51,730 nucleotides of DNA from Alphaproteobacteria bacterium (GCA_045536135.1 JAZSNA010000008.1:1-51730); one strand, 5' to 3'; shown: positions 1-9,054, counted from the first letter of the stretch. Notes: a model not told the origin generated them from the letters alone. Translations and numbers: made by a program.

Positions 1-160
1 TCAAAATGATGAAATTACACCAGAAACATATTTGTTTACATCTCAAAAGATGAACAAGCCTTATAACAGAGTTTCAATCAGCAGGTTATTCTCTAATATC
101 TATAAAAAGGTTCAATATTCATGGGATAAGTCATTTAGGTCGACATTCAATTCCACCTAG
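1..160 (+). pseudogene. 3' part of a frameshifted/truncated tyrosine recombinase (phage integrase), runs off the left edge
   Basis: Frame 2 reads ..ETYLFTSQKMNKPYNRVSISRLFSNIYKK and stops at 158-160. Skipping one base at ~110 gives FNIHGISHLGRHS (HxxRH motif, 132-146) in frame 3. No LGH or catalytic Tyr follows. Adjacent to the tRNA-Leu 3' end. Confidence 0.65.
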
Positions 161-271
161 ATTTCAAACGGCGTTTGACGGGACAAACTTATTTTCAATC
201 AGGTTCATTGCTTTACGCAGAAAAAATGTCCACCGGACACTTTTTCTTTGCGCAGTGTGTCTAAACGTCTT

Positions 272-306
272 TAACGGGCGATTTGACGGGTAGCCCTGAC
301 GGGTAG
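272..306 (+). repeat. Tandem direct repeats TGACGGGTAG x2 (284-293, 297-306) plus degenerate TAACGGGCG (272-280); putative integrase arm-binding sites
   Basis: Read directly; another TGACGGG at 176-182; lies between the integrase remnant and the tRNA 3' end. Confidence 0.5.
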
Positions 307-328
307 AAAAAAAACCTAAAATAAGACA

Positions 329-356
329 TAAAAAAACCCTTTGCGAACAAAGGGTT
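329..356 (-). terminator. Intrinsic terminator of tRNA-Leu
   Basis: 9-bp stem AACCCTTTG/CAAAGGGTT with TTCG loop on the minus strand, followed by a T-run. Confidence 0.75.
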
Positions 357-366
357 AATTTAAAAG

Positions 367-453
367 TGGTGCGGAAAGCCGGAATCGAACCGGCACGGAG
401 TTGCCTCCAACAGATTTTAAGTCTGCAGCGTCTACCAGTTCCGCCATATCCGC
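367..453 (-). tRNA. tRNA-Leu(TAA)
   Basis: Reverse complement GCGGATATGGCGGAACTGGTAGACGC..GCAGAC-TTAAAA-TCTGT..long variable arm..GGTTCGATTCC..CCGCACCA; encoded CCA. Confidence 0.96.
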
Positions 454-471
454 AACTTAAAATCAAATTCT

Positions 472-499
472 ATTATACCTAACAAAATTGTATTGTCAA
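472..499 (-). promoter_or_regulatory. Sigma70-type promoter of tRNA-Leu
   Basis: TTGACA (499-494) - 16 nt - TATAAT (477-472), perfect hexamers. Confidence 0.8.
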
Positions 500-512
500 G
501 ATTTTTTTTATA

Positions 513-872
513 TTATTCTTTAATTTTAGAAACACGTTCGTTCAATATCCGTTTACGGGCCTGTCTGGAAACAGGAGAATAATATCCGTCCGGAGCCTTT
601 GAAGATGTTAAAAAAGAAGGCAATTGTGTCTTGGAAACAAAAATCGGGCTACGATATGAACCATCCGGATTTTTATATAAAACAACATAATCACAATACT
701 TTCCACCCAGATATATCGGCATTTTTGTTTTATGAACACAAATATTTTCCCGATTAGGAATCTCCTTTAAAAAGCCATTTTGCTTTAAGCTTTTAAAGTT
801 TTCTTCATTACTTTTAGAATTATCAAAACAAATAAACGATGATGTTCTGTCGAAGTTTAAATTATCCGCCAT
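513..872 (-). CDS. Hypothetical protein (119 aa, basic C-terminus)
   Basis: ATG ORF with GAAAGG SD-like sequence; no family recognised. Confidence 0.7.
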   Translation of the reverse strand: MADNLNFDRTSSFICFDNSKSNEENFKSLKQNGFLKEIPNRENICVHKTKMPIYLGGKYCDYVVLYKNPDGSYRSPIFVSKTQLPSFLTSSKAPDGYYSPVSRQARKRILNERVSKIKE

Positions 873-921
873 TTTCTACCTTTCTTTAAAGTCAAAAAAC
901 GGCAAGCATTGTATCATAAAT

Positions 922-1575
922 TTATTCAATTGTCAATTCAACTTTTAAATCCTTGATGAATTGACCCAGATCCACATTCATTTTTTGAGCTGATGCCGGT
1001 GATAAAATACGTTTACCGCTTTTATCAAAAACATTAATTGATGAAAAGTAGGCCGGATTTGTTGTCAAAACTTCCCATGCCTTTTCCGGATTATCATCAG
1101 CATAATTCAAATAATTCTTAATCAATTCTTCGGCATTCACCAAAAAACCTTTTTCTTTAATCGGAGCACTGTATTTTTTTATCAAATTCCGGCGGATGTT
1201 TATAATTTTATCTATTTCAGCTTTACTTTGTACCAATGGTTCTTTTCTTTTTTGAAGAACCGCATCAGCTTCAACCTTTTCAATCTCATTCAACACTTCA
1301 ATATAGTCAACGACAACCTGAAACCAAAATGTCGTTGGTTCATATTTACTTTCAACTAATCTAATCATCTGTTTTGTTTCAAGGCTTTCTGGATTAACAT
1401 CCAACAGATATCCCATCACAAGACGAACCTGATTATGAACAGCATCAATTTGAGGGATTAATTGCTCTTCCTCATTCACTGGGAAAGGCCTAATATCCGT
1501 CAATAAATGTTTGTATTGATATAGCTTTTTATAAACATTAATAACTCGTTTTTGATTTTCCGTATTTAAGTTCAT
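922..1575 (-). CDS. Hypothetical helical protein (217 aa), divergent from the VirB6-like array
   Basis: Long ORF, AAGGAAATGG upstream; no family recognised. Confidence 0.8.
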   Translation of the reverse strand: MNLNTENQKRVINVYKKLYQYKHLLTDIRPFPVNEEEQLIPQIDAVHNQVRLVMGYLLDVNPESLETKQMIRLVESKYEPTTFWFQVVVDYIEVLNEIEKVEADAVLQKRKEPLVQSKAEIDKIINIRRNLIKKYSAPIKEKGFLVNAEELIKNYLNYADDNPEKAWEVLTTNPAYFSSINVFDKSGKRILSPASAQKMNVDLGQFIKDLKVELTIE

Positions 1576-1620
1576 TTTTCCATTTCCTTAACCAAAAATT
1601 AAACTTTATAAAATAGAGTA

Positions 1621-1649
1621 TAGACATCTAATTGATTTTAGTATATACT
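1621..1649 (+). promoter_or_regulatory. Putative sigma70 promoter of the VirB6-like operon
   Basis: TAGACA-17 nt-TATACT, ending 18 nt before the ATG at 1668. Confidence 0.5.
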
Positions 1650-1667
1650 TAGTCAAAAGAGATTTCA

Positions 1668-2930
1668 ATGAAAAAAAGAAATATTTTTATTTTACTTTTT
1701 TTAATGGTCATTTTATTTTTGACCAGTGCGCCCGTTTGGGCAGCCAAAAGTGAACAGCCTCTTTTTACAAAAATTTTGACTTCTTATTTGGGTGACAACA
1801 ACGCTTGTTGGTTTTGTGATGCCTATTCCAGTCTTTTCACAACCGTTGATAATATCGCTTATAATGCCTATGTCCCCATTACAAAAGCAGTTATGCCTGT
1901 TTTTTATATTATTTCAGCTTGGTGGATATTATGGGTAATCGCAACATTATTTTTAACCGGTCCATATCGAAATATCGATCTTTTTACCCGCATATTTAAG
2001 GTATTAATAACCATTTGCTTCGGGGCTGCTCTTTTACATGCCGGCGCCAAAGAGATTTATGAATTAACAATTAATCCTTTACTGAGTATCACTGTCAATG
2101 TTGGTAATCAAATTTTAGATTCTTCTATCGGTGGAAATGAAATAAATAAAGTTTTAATTAAAGCCGGAGAACGTCCATTAGGATGCCGTGTCTCACCAGC
2201 CGGAGGACGAGCACTCAGTCAGGAAACCCATAAGGATTTCGTTTGTTTTTTGCAAAAAGTTTCTCAGGCCATCATCGTTAATATTGCTTATGGGACAACT
2301 ATCATGTTAACGTCATTTACTGTATGGGCTATTGATCTTCATGAAGTTATACCAAATTTTCCACCGGATATAAAAAATATTTTTAAAGGTATTTTAATTA
2401 TAGTTTTTTCTTTTTTGTTTTTCATATCCTTTCCCTTTAAGTTGATTGATTTGGTTATTCGTTTGTGTTTTTTACTGGCTTTATTCCCAATTTATGTTTT
2501 CTTTTGGACTTTTCCGATTACCCGTCAATTCGTCGGCAGTGCAAAAACTATGTTAATTAACTTAATGTTTACCTTTATCGCTTTAACTATATTAACAGTA
2601 TTTGGTCTTCGCATTATTGTCACATCCACCATGGGCGGGAATTTTGATGAAATGTTAAGAGTAATGTTAGATGGTAAACTTAAAAACTATCTGGAAGAAA
2701 ATGCAGAGAATGGCCCTGGTTTTTTTGCAATCGTTATGGGATTATATATGTCAACAACCCTTTTAGACCAAGCCCCAGCTTTGGGCAGTATGATTGGACA
2801 AGGAACTGAATCCGGTGCGATTAAGAATAGCACCGGTGCGGCAGCAGTTGCCGTTGCCATGAAAACGGCCAGTAAAGCCGCCGGCAAAATAAAAGATCAT
2901 TACACAAAAGATGCTGGTGGCGGAGATTAA
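1668..2930 (+). CDS. virB6: VirB6/TrbL-like polytopic membrane protein, paralog 1 (signal peptide, CWFC)
   Basis: Signal peptide ..VWA-A; CWFC; two TMs, periplasmic loop, then core FPFKLIDLVIRLCFLLALFPIYVFFWTFPITR resembling the VirB6 LAL.P.F....F..TR region; Gly/Ala-rich tail. Confidence 0.65.
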   Translation: MKKRNIFILLFLMVILFLTSAPVWAAKSEQPLFTKILTSYLGDNNACWFCDAYSSLFTTVDNIAYNAYVPITKAVMPVFYIISAWWILWVIATLFLTGPYRNIDLFTRIFKVLITICFGAALLHAGAKEIYELTINPLLSITVNVGNQILDSSIGGNEINKVLIKAGERPLGCRVSPAGGRALSQETHKDFVCFLQKVSQAIIVNIAYGTTIMLTSFTVWAIDLHEVIPNFPPDIKNIFKGILIIVFSFLFFISFPFKLIDLVIRLCFLLALFPIYVFFWTFPITRQFVGSAKTMLINLMFTFIALTILTVFGLRIIVTSTMGGNFDEMLRVMLDGKLKNYLEENAENGPGFFAIVMGLYMSTTLLDQAPALGSMIGQGTESGAIKNSTGAAAVAVAMKTASKAAGKIKDHYTKDAGGGD

Positions 2931-2932
2931 AA

Positions 2933-4150
2933 ATGAAAAAATATTTACCCTTTATTTTTCTGCTATTTGTGATTTTATCCTTACCCGTTTTGGGAGCGGA
3001 AAGTTATATGCCGCCTTTTGATAAGCAACTACAACTAACAACTAGGTACGAAGGTGGTTGTTGGTTTTGTCCTGTCTTTCGTGTCATTTGGGCAACAACC
3101 GATAGCATGGCTATCACAATTTACAAGGGATTAGCCGAAGCATTAAGACCATTATTCCTGGTGATGTGTGCTTTTTGGCTGGCGTGGATGGTTTTTCAAC
3201 TTTATTTCGGACTATTGGGTGAAATGGGCGATATTTTTAAAAAATTATTTAAAATATTTTTGATTATCATCGTCGTTGCCGGTGCCCTATCCTATCCGGA
3301 TTTTGTTTTCGGCTATATTATATCACCGATTATCGAGGTCGGAGCCGGCATCTGCAATGCCATATTAGAGGTTTTATCAGATATCGGGGCGGGTGAATCC
3401 ATTGCCTCGGCCCGTGGTAAAATCAGTCATTCCGGAGTCACTTTTAAAGCTTTACCCAAAGAAGCCTATGACAGTCTTTATATGACGGTTTATTTAACAT
3501 CTGCTGCTGTTTTAGAGGGAATCAGCGCTATCGGAGCCATGATGTGGGCAACTTTTTTTAAGGCTTTATCTTTACTTTTTTATTTGGTTTTTATTTTGAT
3601 TTTTTATCTGCTTTTAATGGTTGTTATTCCGTTAAAATTAATTGATGCATTAATACGGTTATGTTTGGCTATTGTTTTAGCGCCTCTTTTTGTCTTTTTT
3701 TGGGCTTTCCCGGTAACAAAGACATATGCCATTAATGGCGTTAAATTGTTGATTGTTGCCATGGCTACTTTTGTCTCAACCTGTGCATTTGTGGTTTTCG
3801 GTCTAGTCATGATTTCTGAATCAGGATCCGGTTGGTTCGGTAAAGTTTTAAATCGTTTAAAAGAAGATAAACTGGATGGTAAATTTTTAAATTCATTAAA
3901 TATTGATTTGGCTGATTTTGTTTTGATGTTTCTCGCTTTAATTTTGGCTAAAAAATTATTGGATTTAGCACCGAATTTAGGCTCGATGTTAATTGAAGGA
4001 CACGGTGGGGATACCATCAACCCAGTGGTTGGTGGGAAAATCAGCGGTGCCGTTTCAAAAATTAAAAATAAGGCCAAAAGTGCTGCGACAAAAGACGAGA
4101 AAAAAGATAATATTAATACACCGCCAGATTGGGATGAGAATAAAAAATGA
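2933..4150 (+). CDS. virB6: VirB6/TrbL-like membrane protein, paralog 2 (CWFC)
   Basis: Same architecture; core IPLKLIDALIRLCLAIVLAPLFVFFWAFPVTK. Confidence 0.65.
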   Translation: MKKYLPFIFLLFVILSLPVLGAESYMPPFDKQLQLTTRYEGGCWFCPVFRVIWATTDSMAITIYKGLAEALRPLFLVMCAFWLAWMVFQLYFGLLGEMGDIFKKLFKIFLIIIVVAGALSYPDFVFGYIISPIIEVGAGICNAILEVLSDIGAGESIASARGKISHSGVTFKALPKEAYDSLYMTVYLTSAAVLEGISAIGAMMWATFFKALSLLFYLVFILIFYLLLMVVIPLKLIDALIRLCLAIVLAPLFVFFWAFPVTKTYAINGVKLLIVAMATFVSTCAFVVFGLVMISESGSGWFGKVLNRLKEDKLDGKFLNSLNIDLADFVLMFLALILAKKLLDLAPNLGSMLIEGHGGDTINPVVGGKISGAVSKIKNKAKSAATKDEKKDNINTPPDWDENKK

Positions 4151-5628
4151 AAAAGATTATATTGATTTTTTTAACTGTTTTAACTCTACTTTGTTCCCCA
4201 ATATCGGCACAAAGTTCAAATTCAACATCAGCCCAAAGTTATCAATCGACATTTAATCAAATGACGGCTAACGCATTAACTGTTGCAGAGGGATGTTTTG
4301 TTTGCCCAATTTTTGATTTATTTTTCAAAGCTGGTAATAAAATGGTTGCCATTCTTTATCCTAAACTTCAAAAGGCATTAATCCCACTGTTTTTAATTTT
4401 AGCGGCCTGTTGGTTGGGATGGATGGTATTCCAAAACTTTTTAAACCTAGCCGAAAATACCGAAGACATTTACAAACAATTATTTAAAATATTTTTAACC
4501 GTTTCATTCGGGTATACTTTATTATCTGCAAATGTAAATACTATTTTTGAATGGTTTATCAATCCGATTATTCAAACGGGTATGAATATTGCCAATTTAA
4601 TTGCTGGCACTCTGTTAAGTGGTCCTTCAACCTGTTCCCCCAATGCCAGTTTTACAAACACACCTTTGGATATGGAAACATATAAAACTTTATTTTGTCC
4701 CTTATATAATACATCTGTCAGCTTAACCGACGGCTTGCTGATCGGAGGAACCTTGATGGGAAAATCATTTTTTGTTATATGGATTTTACCTTATTTACCG
4801 CTTTTTTTCCCGGGACTTTTATATTTTTTATTTTATTTTTGTTTGATGTTTGCTTTTCCAATGAAGCTGTTGGATATTTTGGCTCGATTATTTATCGTTT
4901 TGACCTTAACACCATTATATGTATTCTTTTGGACATTTCCATTGACACGAAAATATACAAAGAATGCTCTTCATATGCTTCTTATCGCCATGACATCCAT
5001 TATCGCTTTGTTTGTTTTGGTTAATTTGGGGCTTTCAATGGTTCAAAGTGCGACAGCCAGCGGATCACTTCAGCAAAAATATAACTATCTTCGTAATGGT
5101 GATTTTGATGAAGATGTTGTAAAATCTTGGAACTTAATGGGAGATTCTTCATTTTTCGTCGTCATCGCTGCTTTGTTTATTGCTTGGCGGTGCTTGGATA
5201 TGTCATCAGCCATCGGTGCTATTTTAACCGATGAGCATTCAGGGGATGCCATTGGTAATGTTTTGGGCAAAGGCGGAGCTGCAACATTCGGGAAAATGGC
5301 TTTAAGTGCAAAAAATGCCCCGAAAAATCTAAAAAACATGGCTAAAAATGCGAAAAAAACCGTTCAAAATATTAAAAATGCCCCGGCAAACTTTAAAAAG
5401 ACAATGTCAAACATTAAAAATAATGCCAAAAAAGATATAATGAGGGTCTTAAATCCCGTTAAAACAGCAAAAGATATTGGTGCTGCATTAAAACAACGCA
5501 TTAAAGACACCAAAGAAAGCGCCAAAAATTTAGGTAAGAGAATCGGTTATAATGTTACGCATCCGAAACAAGCTCTAAAAAACGGTATCAAAATGGCTTG
5601 GGAAAAATTTAAGGACAGAATAAGATGA
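4147..5628 (+). CDS. virB6: VirB6/TrbL-like membrane protein, paralog 3 (CFVC, Lys/Asn-rich repetitive tail)
   Basis: ATGA overlap with paralog 2; core FPMKLLDILARLFIVLTLTPLYVFFWTFPLTR; KNA(P/K)K repeats in tail. Confidence 0.65.
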   Translation: MKKIILIFLTVLTLLCSPISAQSSNSTSAQSYQSTFNQMTANALTVAEGCFVCPIFDLFFKAGNKMVAILYPKLQKALIPLFLILAACWLGWMVFQNFLNLAENTEDIYKQLFKIFLTVSFGYTLLSANVNTIFEWFINPIIQTGMNIANLIAGTLLSGPSTCSPNASFTNTPLDMETYKTLFCPLYNTSVSLTDGLLIGGTLMGKSFFVIWILPYLPLFFPGLLYFLFYFCLMFAFPMKLLDILARLFIVLTLTPLYVFFWTFPLTRKYTKNALHMLLIAMTSIIALFVLVNLGLSMVQSATASGSLQQKYNYLRNGDFDEDVVKSWNLMGDSSFFVVIAALFIAWRCLDMSSAIGAILTDEHSGDAIGNVLGKGGAATFGKMALSAKNAPKNLKNMAKNAKKTVQNIKNAPANFKKTMSNIKNNAKKDIMRVLNPVKTAKDIGAALKQRIKDTKESAKNLGKRIGYNVTHPKQALKNGIKMAWEKFKDRIR

Positions 5629-6806
5629 AAAATATATTACAAAAAATTTATTTTTTATTTTTACCGTTACTCCTTTCCGGTTGCTGGGAGGGGGGCATGA
5701 GTGCAACAGAAGCAGATGCCAGTGCCAGTTCGTGTTGGTCATGTCAGTTAATGAACATCACTTTTAATGCCATTAACACATCGGCAAAAAGCACCCATAA
5801 AGCTATTGTATCTTCATGTTATAAACTGCTGGGAATTATGGTAGCACTTTATTTGGCTGTCTTGGTTTTAAAAAGTTTAATCGTTCTGACAACTGACTGG
5901 AAAGGACTTTATATCAATTTAATTAAATTATTCGGACGAACCGTTATTGCTGCGATTTTACTGTCTTCCACGGGGATGATTATTGAATTTGTGGCCAACT
6001 TTTTAGAACCGATTATTTCACTATTTCTCGGCTTTTCGGTTGAGGTTTTAAAAGCCACCAGAGAATCCATCGGATCCGTTAGGGGTGGAAGCGGAAGTGG
6101 CGGATATATTTTATCCAGCGAGCTTCAATCGCAGATGGGAAACTTGATGTTATTGATAAATAAATACACCAAAGTCGGGTTTGTTTTGGGTTTCCGATTA
6201 ATGACAACCGGTTTTTTAAATTTCTTCGTCGGAATTTACGTTGTCATATCCGTTTTTACTTTATTTATTTATTTCCCGTTTTACTTTATCGAAGCCTTTC
6301 TGCGTCTGGGTCTCAGCCTGATGTTATTGCCTTTTTATATTGTCGCTTGGGTTTTCCCATTTGCACAAGGGTCTTTAAAGGGCGGATTGTTGTTGTTTTT
6401 TGATGCGTTGATGCAAGTATTCTTTTCAGCCATTTATATATCCCTGTTTATTATGGTTATTAAGACCTATTTAGATTCATCGATGGGAAATCTTGTCCGC
6501 AGTCCGGAAGATTCGGATTCTGTCAATACAAGTCAAATTCCAATCGGTGTTTTTTCGTTTATATTAACCATTCTTTTCTTAAATAAATCATCTCAAAAAG
6601 TTTACGAAATTTCGTCTCGTTTAGCCGGCGGACGTGCTGACTTTTCATTCGTCAACGGAGCTATTAATAAATTAAAAGCCACCGCAAGTGCAGCTGTATT
6701 AGCCATTGTCGCCGTCGGTGCCTATGCCTGTGGTGCGGGAACAATTGCCGAAAAAGCAGCTAAAGAAGCAAAGAATAAGGCCAAAGAAGCAGCGGAGGTC
6801 AAATAA
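5625..6806 (+). CDS. virB6: VirB6/TrbL-like membrane protein, paralog 4 (lipobox LSGC, CWSC)
   Basis: ATGA overlap; LLLSG-C lipoprotein signal; core FPFYFIEAFLRLGLSLMLLPFYIVAWVFPFAQ. Confidence 0.6.
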   Translation: MKNILQKIYFLFLPLLLSGCWEGGMSATEADASASSCWSCQLMNITFNAINTSAKSTHKAIVSSCYKLLGIMVALYLAVLVLKSLIVLTTDWKGLYINLIKLFGRTVIAAILLSSTGMIIEFVANFLEPIISLFLGFSVEVLKATRESIGSVRGGSGSGGYILSSELQSQMGNLMLLINKYTKVGFVLGFRLMTTGFLNFFVGIYVVISVFTLFIYFPFYFIEAFLRLGLSLMLLPFYIVAWVFPFAQGSLKGGLLLFFDALMQVFFSAIYISLFIMVIKTYLDSSMGNLVRSPEDSDSVNTSQIPIGVFSFILTILFLNKSSQKVYEISSRLAGGRADFSFVNGAINKLKATASAAVLAIVAVGAYACGAGTIAEKAAKEAKNKAKEAAEVK

Positions 6807-8959
6807 TGTTTAAAAGATTATTAAAAAATATCGGTTTTACTTTTCTTTTGGGGGCAATTTTTATCCTGTTTATCACTCCGGATATAATCAAAATAATTAA
6901 TTTCATTTGGCCGATTTCAATTTTGCTGATTTTATTATCCGTTTCAATTATTTTTTATCAGATGAAAAAAAATAAAATACCGTTTTTTATTTTTCTGACT
7001 TTATTTTCTTTTCCAACAATTTCAATGGCAGCCGAAAAATGTCTGACACCAAAGCAAATGTTGGAAGATACATTTAGTTCCACAGACGGTGGAAGCGGTT
7101 GTTGGATTTGTGATGTTGTCACATTATTTATTGAAGCGGCGGACAGATTGGCTTCAAATTTTATTGATTTCTTACAAAAAGGTGGGGCGAACAGTATCAT
7201 TATTAAATTTTTGGGCCTCTGTTTGGCTTTTTATATTCTGATTAAAGTCGGTTTGATTTTCTTTACATTCGATGCTGCCGGACAAAAAGCCAAAAAAATG
7301 TGGCAAGATATTATTCGAGCACTTCTTTTTTCGTGTATCGCTGCGGCGGTTTTAATTGCTCCAAAACGAATTATGTTTGATTACCTGTTCAGTCCGATAT
7401 TTGAATTTACTGCTGGTCTCAGTCAAGCCATTACCAGTGGCGTTAAAGATGACAAAGGGAATCCGATTGCCGGTGCAACTGGTGTCACCGTTCCCTCTTG
7501 TTCTTATTGCACGGCCACGACCAATAATTCAACCACCTCTGCGACCAGTAGCGTATTTTCACCCACATTAAAAAACAGTATGCTTTGTATTGTTTGCAAT
7601 AACTTTAATCTGATGGCGCCCCCTACCGTCATCGGCCAATTTTTAAACTGTTATGGTGCTATTGAAGCTCCATGGATAGATGAAAGTTTCTTTGGTATAA
7701 GAATATATATGCCGAATTTAACCTATGTCTTATCTGGTGTTATTTTTATTGTTTGTTTCTTTATTTTATCTGCGGTTTACGGTTTTAAATGTGTGGACGT
7801 TTTTATCCGAATTTCATATATTGCGGTTGTTTTTCCATTTTTAATTGTTGCCATGATCTTTCCCATATCACGGGTCTATATGAAAAAAGGATTTGAAGTT
7901 TTAATCGGAGCCTGTTATGAATTATTCATCATATCTATATCCATAAAAATTACACTGGCACTGTTTTATTCCATGGTTTTTTCAGCCAAAGATATGCCGT
8001 TGATTGCAAAAGCATTAAATAGCGATGAAACAAAGGAAGGTGCCAGAACTTTAATGGAGCTTTTTGACGGTTCAACCGGAGCCACTTTTATGTGCATTGC
8101 TCTTACTTTTTTTGTCATCAAATCTATTGGGGATTTGGAAGGTATCGGACAACAATTATCCGGTGTTAAGGGAATGAGCGGTTCATCCGGTCAAGTGTTC
8201 CAGGCTTTATATGATTCTGTCGCTAAGCCCGTTGATTTTGTTAAAGATTTAAAAAGTATCAATGATGACCGGATGAATCGATTACTGGTAACACCTTTAC
8301 CCAAACATCTTAATCGATTTGAGAAAAAAGTATTTGATAATAAAAATCTTTCGGCCAAAGAAAAACGAATTATGTATCAAGCCTATCAAGATAAGCAAAC
8401 ACCGATAGATCCAAATTTAAACCCCAGACAACGCCGAAAGGAAGAAAAACGGCGGGCAATCATTGCTCGTCAAGCCAATACGATCGAACGAAAATTACGA
8501 ATAAAAGCCGTCCAAGAAAGAAGACGAGATCCGGTCAAAGATAAAAACGGAGTTCCAATTAAAGAAAGCAGACGACATACAGCGACAATCACAAACCTGA
8601 TTCATACTCAAAATGAACGGGCGGCAGCGTTGCAACCAACAATTCAGGAATGGGCAAAAAAATCCAATACCCGAGCCAAAACCAACAATCGGGGTGTTCG
8701 AGATATTGTCGCGAATGAAATTGATGCGATGAGGCAAGCAGGCAATAAAGAGGGGGCTGAAAGGATGCTGAAATCTTATCGTGACAGACGGTCCGGAGAA
8801 AAAGGTTCAGATTATCGGAATCTAATCGCCAAAAAAGCACAAGAACTTCGTCAAGCGGGAAAGAGCGAAGAAGCTAAACAAGTCCTTCAAAATTACAAAA
8901 CATCCTTAAAATTCGTAAAGGAAAAGACGGCTTATCATTTTAAACCGCCCAAAAAATGA
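6806..8959 (+). CDS. virB6: VirB6/TrbL-like membrane protein, paralog 5 (CWIC, long Arg/Lys-rich tail)
   Basis: TAATG overlap; core YGFKCVDVFIRISYIAVVFPFLIVAMIFPISR; extra CSYC and CIVC motifs; ~230-aa basic tail. Confidence 0.6.
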   Translation: MFKRLLKNIGFTFLLGAIFILFITPDIIKIINFIWPISILLILLSVSIIFYQMKKNKIPFFIFLTLFSFPTISMAAEKCLTPKQMLEDTFSSTDGGSGCWICDVVTLFIEAADRLASNFIDFLQKGGANSIIIKFLGLCLAFYILIKVGLIFFTFDAAGQKAKKMWQDIIRALLFSCIAAAVLIAPKRIMFDYLFSPIFEFTAGLSQAITSGVKDDKGNPIAGATGVTVPSCSYCTATTNNSTTSATSSVFSPTLKNSMLCIVCNNFNLMAPPTVIGQFLNCYGAIEAPWIDESFFGIRIYMPNLTYVLSGVIFIVCFFILSAVYGFKCVDVFIRISYIAVVFPFLIVAMIFPISRVYMKKGFEVLIGACYELFIISISIKITLALFYSMVFSAKDMPLIAKALNSDETKEGARTLMELFDGSTGATFMCIALTFFVIKSIGDLEGIGQQLSGVKGMSGSSGQVFQALYDSVAKPVDFVKDLKSINDDRMNRLLVTPLPKHLNRFEKKVFDNKNLSAKEKRIMYQAYQDKQTPIDPNLNPRQRRKEEKRRAIIARQANTIERKLRIKAVQERRRDPVKDKNGVPIKESRRHTATITNLIHTQNERAAALQPTIQEWAKKSNTRAKTNNRGVRDIVANEIDAMRQAGNKEGAERMLKSYRDRRSGEKGSDYRNLIAKKAQELRQAGKSEEAKQVLQNYKTSLKFVKEKTAYHFKPPKK

Positions 8960-9054
8960 TTCATTTTAGATATTTTTTTACGAAAATAGACAAAATTTAT
9001 TTGTAATCATTTTTTTTTCTGATAAAATATTCTCTAAAAGAGAAAGGGAGTTTT

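Noticed and set aside
164-466. 100-aa minus-strand ORF
   Set aside because: Runs through tRNA-Leu, its terminator and the repeat region; no protein features
2687-8840. Short antisense and alternate-frame ORFs inside the VirB6-like genes
   Set aside because: Shadow ORFs fully overlapping long coherent genes; the same applies to the many small ORFs inside the RND gene, rnr, ettA, aspS and ppdK
1668-8959. C[WF]xC motifs as c-type heme-binding sites
   Set aside because: None is followed by His (no CxxCH)
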